Below are positions 37,701 to 52,100 of a stretch of DNA of 64,000 bases, piece by piece (positions within the stretch are counted from its first letter, which is position 1; each line of letters begins with the position of its first letter). A program made the translations under genes and the position numbers. The notes beneath the pieces are model-generated. The model had not been told where the DNA came from. It ran no database searches and saw only the letters and a list, made by a program, of their open reading frames with translations. The DNA lies in assembly GCF_964355755.1 (NCBI RefSeq), contig NC_092671.1, forward strand, positions 37,272,304 to 37,336,303, in the 5' to 3' direction. The DNA is from Antedon mediterranea (taxonomy: Eukaryota; Animalia; Echinodermata).

Positions 37701-40131
37701 TTTTGGCCAATGTTAAAAGAATAGAATTTTCCTTTTATTGTTATTTGTGAAGCTATTAATGAACCGATTTTTATGAATTTCAATAGGCATGTTCTGTAAG
37801 TATATACTTATTTACAGAATGATAACTTGAAAATTGTAGGCACTATCGGGCTAACAAATGCATTAAATGGAAAGAATATTTTCATGAAATAAATTACTAA
37901 TAGAGAGATTGTAAATGCATGGCAAAGACATTCATTGCCTTTTTTTTTTTGGATGTGGTAAACGAAAAGCGAAGGTGGTAAATATAAAAAATAAACATAA
38001 AATAAAATTACCTTGTTTAGCTTTGGAAGGACTTAGATTAGCAAGAACAACCGAGCCACGGGACTGTTCCGCATCAAATAACATTGGAAAACATGACCTG
38101 ACACTAAGTTTACGGCAATCTGCTGCGAATACGCCAATACATAAAGCATCAACTAGATAATCTGCAATCTTAACAATACAAAAATATTTCGATTTATAAA
38201 TGAAACTGTAAAGGCCTCTAAGTCTAAAAAAGAAAGAAAAAACCCCTTCCCAAATACCACCACGGTATTTGGGGGTGGACATCTGCCATTTCTTGATTTA
38301 AACAGGGGAACAGACTAATTGTCTAATTTCATTCTATCAAGTGGTTTGATAGTTCTTTTAGGGCACATTCTTTTTGAAACCCATGCTTTAAAGTACAATA
38401 CTAATCTTTAGCTCTGTCTGTTTGACAAAAAAAAGTTTGATTTGCCCATATATGGTAGTAATATGCTTAAATATGGTGACAATATGACATCATGTCCATA
38501 CATAGGCACATCACATTTTTTGGTCACACAAAGTTTGATAGTGTGGACAGAGCTTTACTTACATCATTTGAAAATCTTCGACTAACAAACGAATGTATAC
38601 TTTCATCTTCTTTTAAAGATTTTTTCTTGAATATTTCTTTTATGAAAGTGGTGATAAGACGTTGACTAAAGAGTGGTTGTTTCTTGAAAAGCGCCCCCAG
38701 ATTGTTAGGTAGAGTATGAAGTTGTCCGTTGGCGTAGATGAATCGGTTTTGCGAACCAGGATGTGTCTGCAACACTGGTAAAACCTTATCAGATAAACCA
38801 AGATCATTTACCTGAATAAAACCAGGATGTTATAAACTATTAATTTAATTAAAGTGAATAAAAATGCAGTTTTGTAATTACAACTCCCTAGTGCAACCAT
38901 TTAACCAAATAATAATGAACATCAATATACAGTATTATATAACACCTATATAAATTCCTGTCATTTGATTGGACGAATGTGGGTCACATGGCGTGCAATA
39001 GTACGCACTATTCAACGATCGTTAAATAGTACTTTTTGAAACATTTTTGTGTACGAAAAAAAAACGTCTAGATGTTATATAAAACAAATAATGAATGTTT
39101 TGTATTCGTGTAATGGTACAAATAATGGCACTTGGTGAATGATGAAAGGTTATATCAACTCGGCTTTGCCTCGTTGATATAACCTTTCATCATTCATCTC
39201 GTGCCATTATTTGTACCATTGCACTCATAAACATTCATTATTTGTATACTATTTTTAAAATTAATAAAAAGAGATAAATATACCATACACGAATCCTGTA
39301 TAGATACAGGTATGTAAATCTTAACCTGCTGTGGAGTCAATAAAACAATTAAAAGAGTAATTTCTTTAGCAAAAGACATAAAAAATAAAATGAAAACATG
39401 ACTGAAAGATTACCAAATCAAGTGACGCCCTCCCAACTCCAAAAGGTCGTAGACTCCTTGGTCCATGCTCAAATATCGCTCCATTGTTCAGCTGAGTAGA
39501 TTCAATCCAGCCACCAATCCGTGGACTGTTTTCCAAGACCGTAACCTTTAAAACAAATTAAAATTTATATCGGCAGGCCTAGCGATGATTTTCGCGAAGC
39601 TAAGCTGGCGATGTATTTCCGAAGGGTGCTCAGTATTAATTTATTAAAAATAGTTTTAAATAAAAAATTATCGATTTTTTACAATTTTATGATTGCAGAA
39701 TGTTGTAGACAACTCGTGAGTAGGTTGGATGAAGATTTTGAGTAATTTTAAGGGGTGGGTACGAAACTGCATTAGCGCTCAATAATGGTTTGAACAAAAT
39801 ACTACTTTTTCACATTATAAAAGTAATTTAACTATTTTTTTCAAGGAATAAAATAGCGCCCTCATACTGTGCGATTACGTTTCAATGTTGGTTTTGGTAC
39901 GACTTGACCATTTATTGACAAACACCCTCCAAGTGTCACTTTCCTCCCTGCGAGACAACAGAAATTCTGGCCAGGTACGACGCTAGCATTTGGGGTACGA
40001 GTTTGCAATGCCCTTACCTTATTTAAACACCTTTGGTGTTTCAATCCATTTAACGACATCTGCAAGTAATAAGCAGCAGACAACCCACTTATTCCGCCAC
40101 CAAGAACGACAAAATTTCGTACTTTCTCCAT
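31774..40131 (-). CDS. PPOX: Protoporphyrinogen oxidase, 10 exons, 493 aa
   Basis: Phase-consistent exons: 40131-40018, 39545-39414, 38811-38563, 38168-38012, 37596-37400, 35946-35874, 34952-34834, 33836-33723, 32522-32330, 31907-31774 (1482 nt). Motifs VLGGGISGLSAAY, IFEHGPRSLRP, DESIHSF, GFGYLIP, MMGGSWF, GVSVNDCI. Confidence 0.96.
32748..33335. mobile_element. Non-autonomous TIR element (~590 bp, Harbinger-like GGCC ends)
   Basis: ~32-bp perfect TIR aggccaatttacacagacgagcggtaacggta. Confidence 0.85.
34240..34385 (+). mobile_element. Retroposon 3' tail ending AATAAA plus (AACTTG)n
   Basis: aataaattttaacttgaacttgaacttgaacttgaac; tail similar to that of the LINE ending at 12863. Confidence 0.45.
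36349..37270. mobile_element. Non-autonomous TIR element (~920 bp)
   Basis: TIR ACGCCCGTATTCTTAAAC / GTTTAAGAATACGGGCGT plus subterminal inverted agtcgtagttcgagcta. Confidence 0.8.
38410..38554. mobile_element. ~155-bp MITE, same family
   Basis: Family body; ends 8 nt from PPOX exon 3. Confidence 0.8.
39084..39244. repeat. ~160-bp imperfect palindrome (likely part of a non-autonomous element starting ~38930)
   Basis: caaataatgaatgttt..tgaatgatgaaaggttatatcaac / gttgatataacctttcatcattca..aaacattcattatttg. Confidence 0.8.
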
Positions 40132-40172
40132 GACTTTTTCGGACGCGAAGACGACGAACACACGGCAAACAC

Positions 40173-43100
40173 GGGAAAACCGCCTGATAACTTATATGGC
40201 GCGCTATATATGCATAAATTTAAGTATAGAGCTCAATAACAGACGGACACATTTATAATAAATTCTATTTTGTGCTCTTTTTTTTTATTCAGAAAAAACA
40301 TTATACTGTATTTTATACAGCAACAAAAATTAGAATAAAAAGTGATCAATTTATGCTAAAACTATAATGTAATCTAGGCCTATACAGGTACTTCTTTGGT
40401 TACGAATCAATATGCATTCTCTGCTTGGAAAGAATAAATATTAATAGTTTACTATGTGTCATTGAGGTATACATTATACTATAGGGACCAGATTGCACTA
40501 AAAATTGCACTTGAAATTTACAAATTCAGCAACAAAAGCTAAAGTATCTGGCTACAATTAGGTATGGTCACTATGTTACAGACCTCTCAACTTTCCCGAT
40601 AATCTCCATCAAAGATACTTAATACATTGCAGATGCAGAAATGAAAAAAAAAAATATATCTTGATTTTATAATTTTCTATAGAGGGAATTACTATTATTT
40701 AGCATATTTTGATTGTTTTAATAGCGCCCTCTATGGTTTGATGTATTTTTCAAAATGTGATAGCACCCTCTATAGTTTCGACATGCTTTTATCCCCCAAA
40801 TACTGTACTTCATCTTTCCAAGTAGGAAAGCATGGATGGGAGTGGCATTTTATTATAAAACTCTCTTGTAACATGATTTAATATTTTTCAAAGATTTTCA
40901 TTGTTAATTTGTAAGGCACGTTACAGTGATTGGAACAACAATTATGCATAAGGAAATACAAAAATATTCTATTACCAATCTTTTTTCTGAGAAATTTCCT
41001 GAAATTGTTTCACCAAAGATTAAAAAGAAAAATGGATAATAGTAAGACTTCACACAAAAATATAAATATTGCTTTCTTCCTTTTGTTACCACAGCGGAAA
41101 TGAGGTAAAAAAATAAATTAAACGAAAAAGAAACAAATTACACGATCCGTCAAAATACGTTTTCATAACAGCAAGATTGCACAAAAATATAAATATTGCT
41201 TTCTTCCTTTTGTTACCACAGCGGATATGAGGTAAAAAAAAAACAAATTAAACAAAAAATGAAACAAATTTCAAGATATGTCCGTCAAAGTACGCAAGAT
41301 TGCTCAGAAAAAAATATTTCTTTCTTCCTTTTGTTACCACAGCGGAAGCGGATATGAGATAAAAAACAAATTAAACGAAAAATGTATCATATTACAACCA
41401 AAATAAGTATTATATTTAAGAAATATCAGGAAAAGAACAATAAAAACCTTCATTCTAAAATAAATGAATATTAAAATTATATATAAACAAAAAAATAACA
41501 ACAAGATAATAGGGAAGTTAAAACTATTTGATTTTGTTGATAAATAATCTTGGAAACGAAAAAATGCTGCGAGTGCATAAAAATTAAAATAAATATGACA
41601 TGACATACATGTCTCTCAAAGAACTCTGGGTTAAATTAGGCAATCAATTAGCATAATCATATTTTCTCTCGTCATGTTGTGCCATTATTAACGCGTATGT
41701 CTTGTTTTCGTGAAGAGAAACATTTGATGACAGGTCTACCACCAATGTATTTTCCTTACTACCATCTTTTATGTTGAAATAATCACAGATATGGTAACAT
41801 CATCAAGGAACGTGTCTATCAACCGACAACGTTCCTTGCCCGCTGTCATACTCATTGCTGTAACGCATTCTAGAAGAGTATTCCCTTGATTTCAGAGAGT
41901 CAAATATCTATGGTTCGGTTTTAAACTGTGGAACCTAAAGTCAATAAGAAAAAATTTATATATAAATAATTATGTACATTCATAAAGATATAATCAGTAC
42001 ATTGATAATTAATGTGACATAATAATAATTATTTTGAATTCAAATTTGTAATGCGCTAATTCCAGTAGTAAGTGATCAATGCGCGGTGTATGAGAGCTCA
42101 ATTTGAAAGAAAAAGATGAGTTTTCAAGGCAGATTTAAAGGCGATAGTAGAAGAACATGACCTAAGAGGCGGGTAGGTCAGGTATACCAAAAGTTGAAAT
42201 AAACAGGCCTATTCCTATGAATAATATGTATTTTCCTATTTCAAAAAGAAAATATTATTATTGATTATTAAAACAAGTGTATTACTGTCAGTTGTTTTCT
42301 AGTGTGGGCCTGATTGTTAATTTTAAGTCAACTTGCAGACCAGATAGATTGTAGAATTATAGATGCGGTCTTTTTACGCCATACTTTATATGGAGTCCAG
42401 AGGAAGAGGTTTAAACCTGAAAGCACATTTGCTTTAAGGATATATACATACAAAAACAATTTCAAAATTAAAAATTTATTTTCAGCAGTAGCTCTTTGTG
42501 GTCCATAGGAAATGCACTTGCATTTGCCAGTTGAGACCCCATGAGTAAACTGCTGTTTCATTTTCAAGGGCAGTAAAAATTTAAAAAAATTCAATTTGTA
42601 TTTAAAACGTTAGTTAGACATTATTTATCCAGTATTGTATTTATTTGAATAAAAAAAATAATAATAAAAATTCGCTCCAGGGCGTTTATTGGTCAGGAAG
42701 GTTTGCATGGGGGGGGGGGGGGCATTTATTCAAGGGTGGCATTCCTTTTTTGGTGTAATATGGTAACATGTATAATCAAATAAATACCCAGTAGATATGA
42801 AAAAATACAACACAAATATCGAGTAATATCGAGAAGTGATAAAATAGAGTGAAAATTGTATCAAAATGCTTGGTAAATTTTAGGTCATGTCAATCAATGA
42901 ATTCTACTAAAAATAGAAATAAGTTGTAGGCCCTAATACAATATTGTGTAGCTATGTATGTGGAAGGTGTTTATTCGAGTAAATAATTAAAGGCCCGGGG
43001 CGTTTATTCGAGGGGTGGGGGTGTTTATTTGGGGGAGGCATTAGTATTCAAACCGGCGCATTTATTCGATAAATACGGTTGTATTTGAAGAAACCAACAA

Positions 43101-44150
43101 ATGCTACTCAACAAAATTGACAAGTATTACCTGGCGGCGTTATTTCTTTTCGTTGAACACTTTCTAAGAAAAATAAAATTAATATTTAAAGTGAGCTTGC
43201 AATCTGAATTAAGATATGCGTAATGTAATTATCTGCGCATTTTTTATTCATGCTCTACTAAAAATAATTTTTAAAATATTACCTGAAGCTGATGCAAGCA
43301 ATGTATGAGTAGCTATTGATTTGGTAGAACTTTCTAAAAAAATAAGTATAGATGCTTTGGTCATTTCAAAGTGTGACGTGCCCAAATATGGCAGTGATAT
43401 GACATCATCATGTCCATACATGGGCAAATCACATTTTTTTTATACATAAATTCGATGTGTAGACAGAGCATTAGAAACATTGGTAGTTAATAAAATGCTA
43501 ATATTTCCTGTCTTTCTCTCCGAGATGGCCAATTTATTTAATTCATTTAAAAAAAAATTAATATTACTCTTTTGATTCTAATTATTTTGTGCATTATATT
43601 TATTTTGTTTATCTTTATAAATTCTATTTATTTAATTTTAATTGTTACATGTTTATGTCTGGTCATATTGTATTTTTGTGAGGGTCCCTAATGATCAGCT
43701 TCAGCTGGATGGACCACCCTCGTAAAATATTGTGGAAATAAATAAATTTACTGTTTTGTGCCACCATTAATATTAAAGCAGTTTAAAAACATATTTTTTT
43801 AATGAGGTCATTTAGAATACAATTTTTTTTTAGACTTTTTTGGAATGTACAATATGGTTGTTGATGGTATCCAGAAAACAGTGACACAACAGAGTTCATC
43901 TGAACCCAAATACATTTCAATACAACACACAAATTACCTGGTGTGGATATGTCTGTCATCAGACTAGTAGAATTGTTTGTTGGTTTGAATATTAGAGTAG
44001 TAGAATTGAATGGGGCGACTGAAAAAACAGAAAACAGAAAAAGTTATTAATAATTTATTGAAATATTCTACAAACTATAATGAAAGCTGGAACAGGAATA
44101 GAAACAAAGAATAATTTGAAAAAAAAAAGATTGAAAATTACCTTGAAAGT
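40173..44150 (-). pseudogene. Decayed partial duplicate of the 3' half of the cytokine-receptor-like gene; also holds the PPOX upstream region
   Basis: Direct repeat of 44693-50803. Keeps three stalk micro-exons, has a ~290-bp deletion at 42180 removing most of TM/Box1, and has indels in the last exon. Confidence 0.85.
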
Positions 44151-46142
44151 TTTCACGAAGGATAGTTTAATAATATTCCTATATTTAACTTGTTTCTGGT
44201 AAAACAAATAAATGTTAATGAAATTTAACATTTTATCCTATTAATAACATGTATTTTATACTAATTTATATCATAAAAACAATACTTAATTTACCGGGCG
44301 TAGAGTAGTACGCGGCAATGGTAAAGAATAGGCCGTGTTGAGTAACGATTCGTTGATTATTGGTGTTGCTGTGTAAGGCCTTTTTTGTGAACTAATTTAG
44401 CATGTTAGTAAATAATTGTCTGTAAAAGTGAATGTACACTAGTTTGTTAATAAATATGTATTATAAAATAGTTTATAATTGCAAAATATATTATCATAAT
44501 TCTATTTAATGTGACATGTATAATATCTATTAAATCAAGTCTTATTTGGTATGTATACATCCGCCCTTATGAGGGCGGGCATCACTCACTGGAACTCTCT
44601 GTTACAAATTTCTCATGCAAAAATCGCGGAATACTCATTCTTGTGATATATATATTCTTTGCCTATACCTAGCTAGCTCAGCTCCACACCGGGGGAAAAC
44701 CGCCTGATAACTTATATGGCGCACTATATATGCATAAATTTAAGTATAGAGCTCAATAACAGACGGACACATAATTAATAAATTCTATTTTGTGCTCTTT
44801 TTTTTTTATTCAGAAAAACATTATTCATACAGCAACAAACATTTGAATAAAATGTGATCAATTTATGCTAAAACTATAATGTAATCTATACAGGTACTTT
44901 TCTTTGGTTACGAATCAATATGCATCCTGTGCTTGGAAAGAATAAATATTAATATTTTACTATGTGTCATTGAGGTATACATTATAATAGGGACAAGATT
45001 GCACTAAAAATTGCATTTTAAATTTACAAACTCAGCAACAAAAGCTAAAGTATCTGGCTACAAAAGTGTCACTATGTTGCAGACCTCTCAACTTTCCCAG
45101 TAATCTCCATTCAAAGATTAATACATTGCAGATGCAGAAATGAAAAAAAAAATATATCTTGATTTTATAATTTTCTATAGAGGGAATTACTATTATTTAG
45201 CATATTTTGATTGTTTTAATAGCGCCATCTATGGTTTGATGTATTTTTCAAAATGTGATAGCACCCTCTATAGTTTGGACATGCTTTTATCCCCCAAATA
45301 CTGTACTTCATCTTTCCAAGTAGGAAAGCACGGATGGGAGTGGCATTTTATTATAAAACTCTCTTGTAACACGATTTAATATTTTTCAAGGATTTTCATT
45401 GTTAATTTGTAAGGCACGTTACAGTGATTGGAACAACAATTATGCATAAGGAAATACAAAAATATTCTATTACCAATCTTTTTTCTGAGAAATTTCCTGA
45501 AATTGTTTCACCAAAGATTAAAAAGAAAAATGGATAATAGTAAGATTTCACACAAAAATATAAATATTGCTTTCTTCCTTTTGTTACCACAGCGGAAATG
45601 AGGTAAAAAAATAAATTAAACGAACAATGAAACAAATTACATGATCCGTCAAAATACGTTTTCATAACAGCAAGATTGCACAAAAATATAAATATTGCTT
45701 TCTTCCTTTTGTTACCACAGCGGATATGAGGTAAAAAAAAACAAATTAAACAAAAAATGAAATAAATTTCAAGATATGTCCGTCAAAGTACGGAAGATTG
45801 CACAGAAAAAAATATTTCTTTCTTCCTTTTGTTACCACAGCGGAAGCGGATATGAGATAAAAAACAAATTAAACGAAAAATGTATCATATTACAACCAAA
45901 ATAAGTATTATATTTAAGAAATTATCAGGAAAAGAACAATAAAAACCTTCATTCTCAAATAAATGAATATTAAAATTATATATAAACAAAAAAATAACAA
46001 AAAGATAATAGGGAAGTTAAAACTATTTGATTTTGTTGATAAATAATCTTGGAAACGAAAAAATGCTGCGAGTGCATAAAAATTAAAATAAATATGACAT
46101 GACATACATGTCTCTCAAAGAACTCTGGGATAAATTAGGCAA

Positions 46143-49100
46143 TCAATTAGCATAATCATATTTTCTCTCGTCATGTTGTGCCATTATTAACGCGTATGTC
46201 TTGTTTTCGTGAAGAGAAACATTTGATGACAGGTCTACCACCAATGTATTTTCCTTACTACCATCTTTTATGTTGAAATAATCAACAGATATGGTAACAT
46301 CATCAAGGCTGTGTCTATCAACCGACAACGTTCCTTGCCCGCTGTCATACTCATTGCTGTAACGCATTCTAGAAGATTCCCTTGATTTCAGAGAGTCAAA
46401 TATCTCTGGTTCGGTTTTAAACTGTGGAACCTAAAGTCAACATAAGAAAAAATTTATATATAAATAATTATGTACATTCATAAAGATATAATCAGTACAT
46501 TGATAAGTAATGTGACATAATAATAATTATTTTGAATTCGAATTTGTAATGCGCCAATTCCAGCAGTAAGTGATCAAAGGCGCGGTGTATGAGAGCTCAA
46601 TTTGAAAGAAAAAGATGAGTTTTCAAGGCAGATTTAAAGGCGATAGTAGAAGAACATGATCTAATAGAGGCGGGTAGGTCATTCCACAAGGAGGAAGAGG
46701 CAGCAGAAGTAAAGGTGCTAAAGCCATACGTTTTAGTGTTAAAATTCCGGAATGGAAGGAGATTTTTTAAAAAGACGAGCAAAGGCATGTGAAGAGGAAG
46801 AAGGTCAGAGATATAACGATATACAATCAGTAATGAGAAATCTGCTGAAAAAATAAAAATACTAAAATAATTTCACACTCACTCTATAACCAGCAGGAAC
46901 ACCGGGAAATTTTGGATCAGGAATTTCCCAAAACAGTTTCTTAACAGCGACTCGAAAAAACTGGACTGCGAATATACCAATAGTTGAGATAAACAGCCCT
47001 ATTCCTATGAATAATACGTATTTTCCTATTTCAAAAAGAAAATATTATTATTGATTCTTAAAACAAGTGTATTACTGTCAGTTGTTTTCTAGTGTGGGCC
47101 TGATTGTTAATTTTAAGTCAACTTGCAGACCAGATAGATTGAAGAATTATAGATGCGGTCTTTTTACGCCATACTTTATATGGAGTCCAGAGGAAGGGGT
47201 TTAAACCTGAAAGCACATTTGCTTTAAGGATATATACATACAAAAAAAATTTCAAAATTAAAAATTTATTTTCAGCAGTAGCTCTTTGTGGTCCATAGGA
47301 AATGCACTTGCATTTGCCACTTGAGACCCCATTAGGCTAGTCAATCTAGCAAAAAAAACAGCCCAAAGTGAAACAAATTGCAAACAGAGATTTTTCTTTT
47401 TTAAATGGTCATATATGATGAGGAGATCAAAATTTGAGCATCACACCTCTGTCACTCATCCCGATGATATGCAAATTAGCTTAAATATGCAAATTAGGGT
47501 GAAATTACAAGGTTACCATATCTCAAAAACTACTAGTCCGAGAGAGTTGGTTTTTTCACTGATCTATTCAAAATGTATATATTTATATTTACTCTAATGA
47601 AACATTTTACGAAAAAATGACCGGAAGTACAACATTTGACCTTCGACCCCATTTCTCAATGTTTGCATATACAATGTGACTAAAATGTCTGTAGAGACTT
47701 TATTTTGCCCTCAAATGACCCAGACATAGGTTCCTAATGGCCAGCATAGGATCACTTTGTAATTCCCAAAATCACACCTTTGTCACACACCTCGAAAGTA
47801 TGCAAATTAGTAGTACAATTTAAATAAAATATGCAAATAAGGGGAAAAAATTACAGTTGTCCTATATCTCGAAAACCACTAATGCTAGAGAGCTGATTTT
47901 TTCACAGCCGTATTCAAAATGTACATATTTCTATTTGCTCCAATGAAACATTTTACAAAAAATTGACCGGAAGTATGACATTTGACCCTCGACCCCATTT
48001 CTCAATATTGCATATATAAATGAAACTAAAATGTCTGTAGAGACTTTGTTTTGCCCTCAAATGACTCCGATACAGGTTTCTAATAGCCAACATAGGACTG
48101 TTTAGTAGATCTCAAAATCACACCTGTATCACTCACCTCCAAAGTATGAAAATTATTAGTACAAGTTACATGAAATATGCAAATTAGAGGGTGAAATTAA
48201 AGGTTCCTATATATCGAAAACCACTAAGGCTAGAGAGTTGATTTTTTCAATAACTTGTTCAGAATGTACATATTTATATTTACTCTAATGAAACATTTTA
48301 CGAAAAAATGACCGGAAATACAACAATTGACCCTCGACCCCATTTATTAATGTTTGCATACATAATGCGACTAAATTGTCTGTAGAGACTTTGTTTTGGA
48401 CTCAAATAACTCGGATACATGTTTCCTATAGTCAGCATAGGACCGCTTTGTAATTCCCAAAATCACGCCTAAACCTGTATCCGAGTCATTTGAGGGCAAA
48501 ACAAAGTCTCTACAGACATTTTAGTTTTCATTATATATGCAATATTGAGAAATGGGGTCGAGGGTCAAATGTCATAGTTCCGAGCATTTTTTTGTAAAAT
48601 GTCTCATTACAGCAAATATAAATATATACATTTTAAATATTTTAGTGAAAAAATCAACACTCTAGCATTAGCGGTTTTCGAGATATGGCAACGCTGTAAT
48701 TTCACTCCCTAATTTGCATATTTAATATTACTTGTACTACTAATTTGCATACTTTCGAGGTGCGTGACGAAGTTGTGATTTTAGGAATTATAATACAGTT
48801 CTATGGTGGGTATTGAAAAACAATATCCAAGTCATCGAGTCCAAATTAAAGTCTCTACAGACATTTTAATCACATATTTAAGTAAATATTGAGAAATGGG
48901 GTCAAGGGTCAAAATTTGGTACTTCCGGACATTTTTATGTAAAATGTCTCATTAGAGCAAATATAAATATATATATTCTGAACCAGACTGTGCAAAAATG
49001 AACTCTCTTCGATTAGTAGCTTTTAAGATATGGTAACCCTGTAATTTCACCCTAATTTGCATATTTAAGCTAATTTGCATACCTTCGGGATGAGTGTCAG

Positions 49101-52100
49101 AGGTGTGATGCTCAAAAAATAATTACCTTATCATATGTAACCATTTAAAAAAAAAAAATCTCTGTTTGCAATTTGTTTCACTCAAAATGCTAGATTGACT
49201 AGCCTACATGAGTAAACTGCTGTTTCATTTTCAAGGGCAGTAAAAAAAAATTCAATTTGTATTTAAAACGTTAGTTAGACATTATTTATCCAGTATTGTA
49301 TTTATTTGAATAAAAAAAAAAATAATAAAAATTCGCTCCAGGGCATTTATTGGTCAGGAAGGTTTGTATGGGGGGGGGGGGGGGGCATTTATTCAAGGGT
49401 GGCATTCCTTTTTTGGTGTAATATGGTAACATGTATAATCAAATAAATACCCAGTAGATATGAAAAAATACAACACAAATATCGAGTAATATCGAGAAGT
49501 GATAAAATACAGTGAAAATTGTATTAAAATGCTTGGTAAATTTTAGATCATTTCAATCAATGAATTCTACTAAAAATAGAAATAAGTTGTAGGCCCTAAT
49601 ACAATATTGTGTAGCTATGTATGTGGAAGGTGTTTATTTGAGTAAATAATTAAAGGCCCGGGGCGTTTATTCGAGGGGTGGGGGTGTTTATTTGGGGGAG
49701 GCATTAGTATTCAAACCGGCGCATTTATTCGATAAATACGGTTGTATTTGAAGAAACCAACAAATGCTACTCAACAAAATTGACAAGTATTACCTGGCGG
49801 CGTTGTTATTTCTTTTTGTTGAACACTTTCTAAGAAAAATAAAATTAATATTTAAAGTGAGCTTGCAATCTGAATTAAGATATGCGTAATGTAATTATCT
49901 GCGCATTTTTATTCATGCTCTAATAAAAATAATTTTTAAAATATTACCTGAAGCTGATGCAAGCAATGTATGAGTAGCTATTGATTTGGTAGAACTTTCT
50001 AAAAAAATAAGTATAGATGCTTTGGTCATTTTAAAGTGTGATGTGTAGTGATATGACATCATCATGTCCATATATGGGCAAATCACATTTTTTTTATACA
50101 TAAATTCGATGTGTAGACAGAGCATTAGAAACATTGGTAGTTAATAAAATGCTAATATTTCCTGTCTTTCTCTCCGAGATGGCCAATTTAATTTAATTTA
50201 TTAAAAAAAAATTAATATTACTCTTTTGATTCTAATTATTTTGTGCATAATATTTATTTTGTTTATCTTTATAAATTCTATTTATTTAATTTTAATTGTT
50301 ACATGTTTATGTCTGGTCATATTGTATTTTTGTGAGGGTCCCTAATGATCAGCTTCAGCTGGATGGACCACCCTCGTAAAATATTGTGGAAATAAATAAA
50401 TTTACTGTTTTGTGCCACCATTAATAGTAAAGCAGTTTAAAAACGTATTTTTTTAATGAGGTCATTTAGAATACAATTTTATTTATAGACTTTTTTGGAA
50501 TGTACAATATGGTTGTTGATGGTATCCAGAAAACAGTGACACAACAGAGTTCATCTGAACCCAAATACATTTCAATACAACACACAAATTACCTGGTGTG
50601 GATATGTCTGTCATCAGACTAGTAGAATTGTTTGTTGGTTTGAATATTTGAGTAGTAGAATTGAATGGGGCGACTGAACAAACAGAAAACAGAAAAACTT
50701 ATTAATAATTTATTAAAATATTCTACAAACTATAATAAAGCTGGAACAGGAATAAAAAAAAAGGAGAATTTGAAAAAAAAAGATTGAAAATTACCTGGAA
50801 AGTCAATAGTAGATGAAATAGGTTTTGGTTTGGAAAATGAAACATTTCCTAAAAAAAAAAAAAAAAAAATGTCGTACTAATATTAAATGATAATAATATT
50901 TAATTTAATAGAGCGCCAAATGCAGGGCGCGGCTAAGTGTTGAACAATCAGCAGAAAAAAGAGCACAAAATTATTGGCGCAAATAAAAAAATTCACATAA
51001 TAGCTCCTGTACCAGGGGGATTACCAACTATCTGATAGGGAAACAGTGACTAATATAATAATAATAATAATGCGCTTCTCTCACAGCATTTATTTGGTCC
51101 AATAAAACATATCAGAAATATACTATTGATAATCCGTGGCCACATGTGGCTAAAGACATAAAATAAAAAAGGTGGGATTTAAGGAGTTGTTTGAATGTGG
51201 CGAGTGATTCAACTTTCCCGATTGAGTTTGGAAGGGCGTTCCAAAGAACATCAGCTGACCAGGAAAATGCGTGTTGTCCATAACATTTTATTATTTTAAT
51301 ATTTTCCATAATACTGAATACTGTTGATAAATTAATTATTAATAATATATGACTTCAATTTTTTTTGTTAATAATGAAATTATCTTCAAATATTCAGAAA
51401 AGAGAACTGTCTATCAATTGAAATAATAACCAAATAATTACCTGTTGATGTGACCGGTTTGATTGATTCGGCAGCATTTTCTAAATTAATAGGAAATACT
51501 TTAGTTATTTAAATTCGTGTTTGTTATTCTGGTTTGACTCAGTACTCAGAATTATTTGTTTTGACTCAGTACTCAGAATTATTTGTTTTGACTCAGTACT
51601 CAGAATTTTATGTTTGGACTCAGTACTCAGAATTACTTGTTTGGACTTAGTACTCAGAATTATTAATTTTAATTGAAAAATTCTTGCTACTGTAATTAAA
51701 CATTTAGAATTACTTCTTAAGCTCTGTCTACACTATCAAACTAGTTTTGACAAAAAAATTGTGGTGTGCCCATATATGGTAGTGATATGACATCATCATA
51801 TATTGTCCATATATGGGCACATCACATTTTTTGTCACATAAAGAGAGCTTAAGAATTTATTTGTTGGGTTTGAGGCTTTCTAATTTAGTGAGACTGTGGT
51901 TTGGTTGCTTGTTACCCAACCCTAGGGTCATGGTTCAAATCCTGTTACAGTTCCCTGTTTTTCTGATGTCGAATACAGCACCACTACCTAAACCTCATAT
52001 GAAACTTTGTTTAAAAAGCATGTGTTTAAAGCTCAGTCTACATTATTAAACTAAACGAGTGTGATGTCCCACATATGGTAGCGATATTCCCAAATATGGT

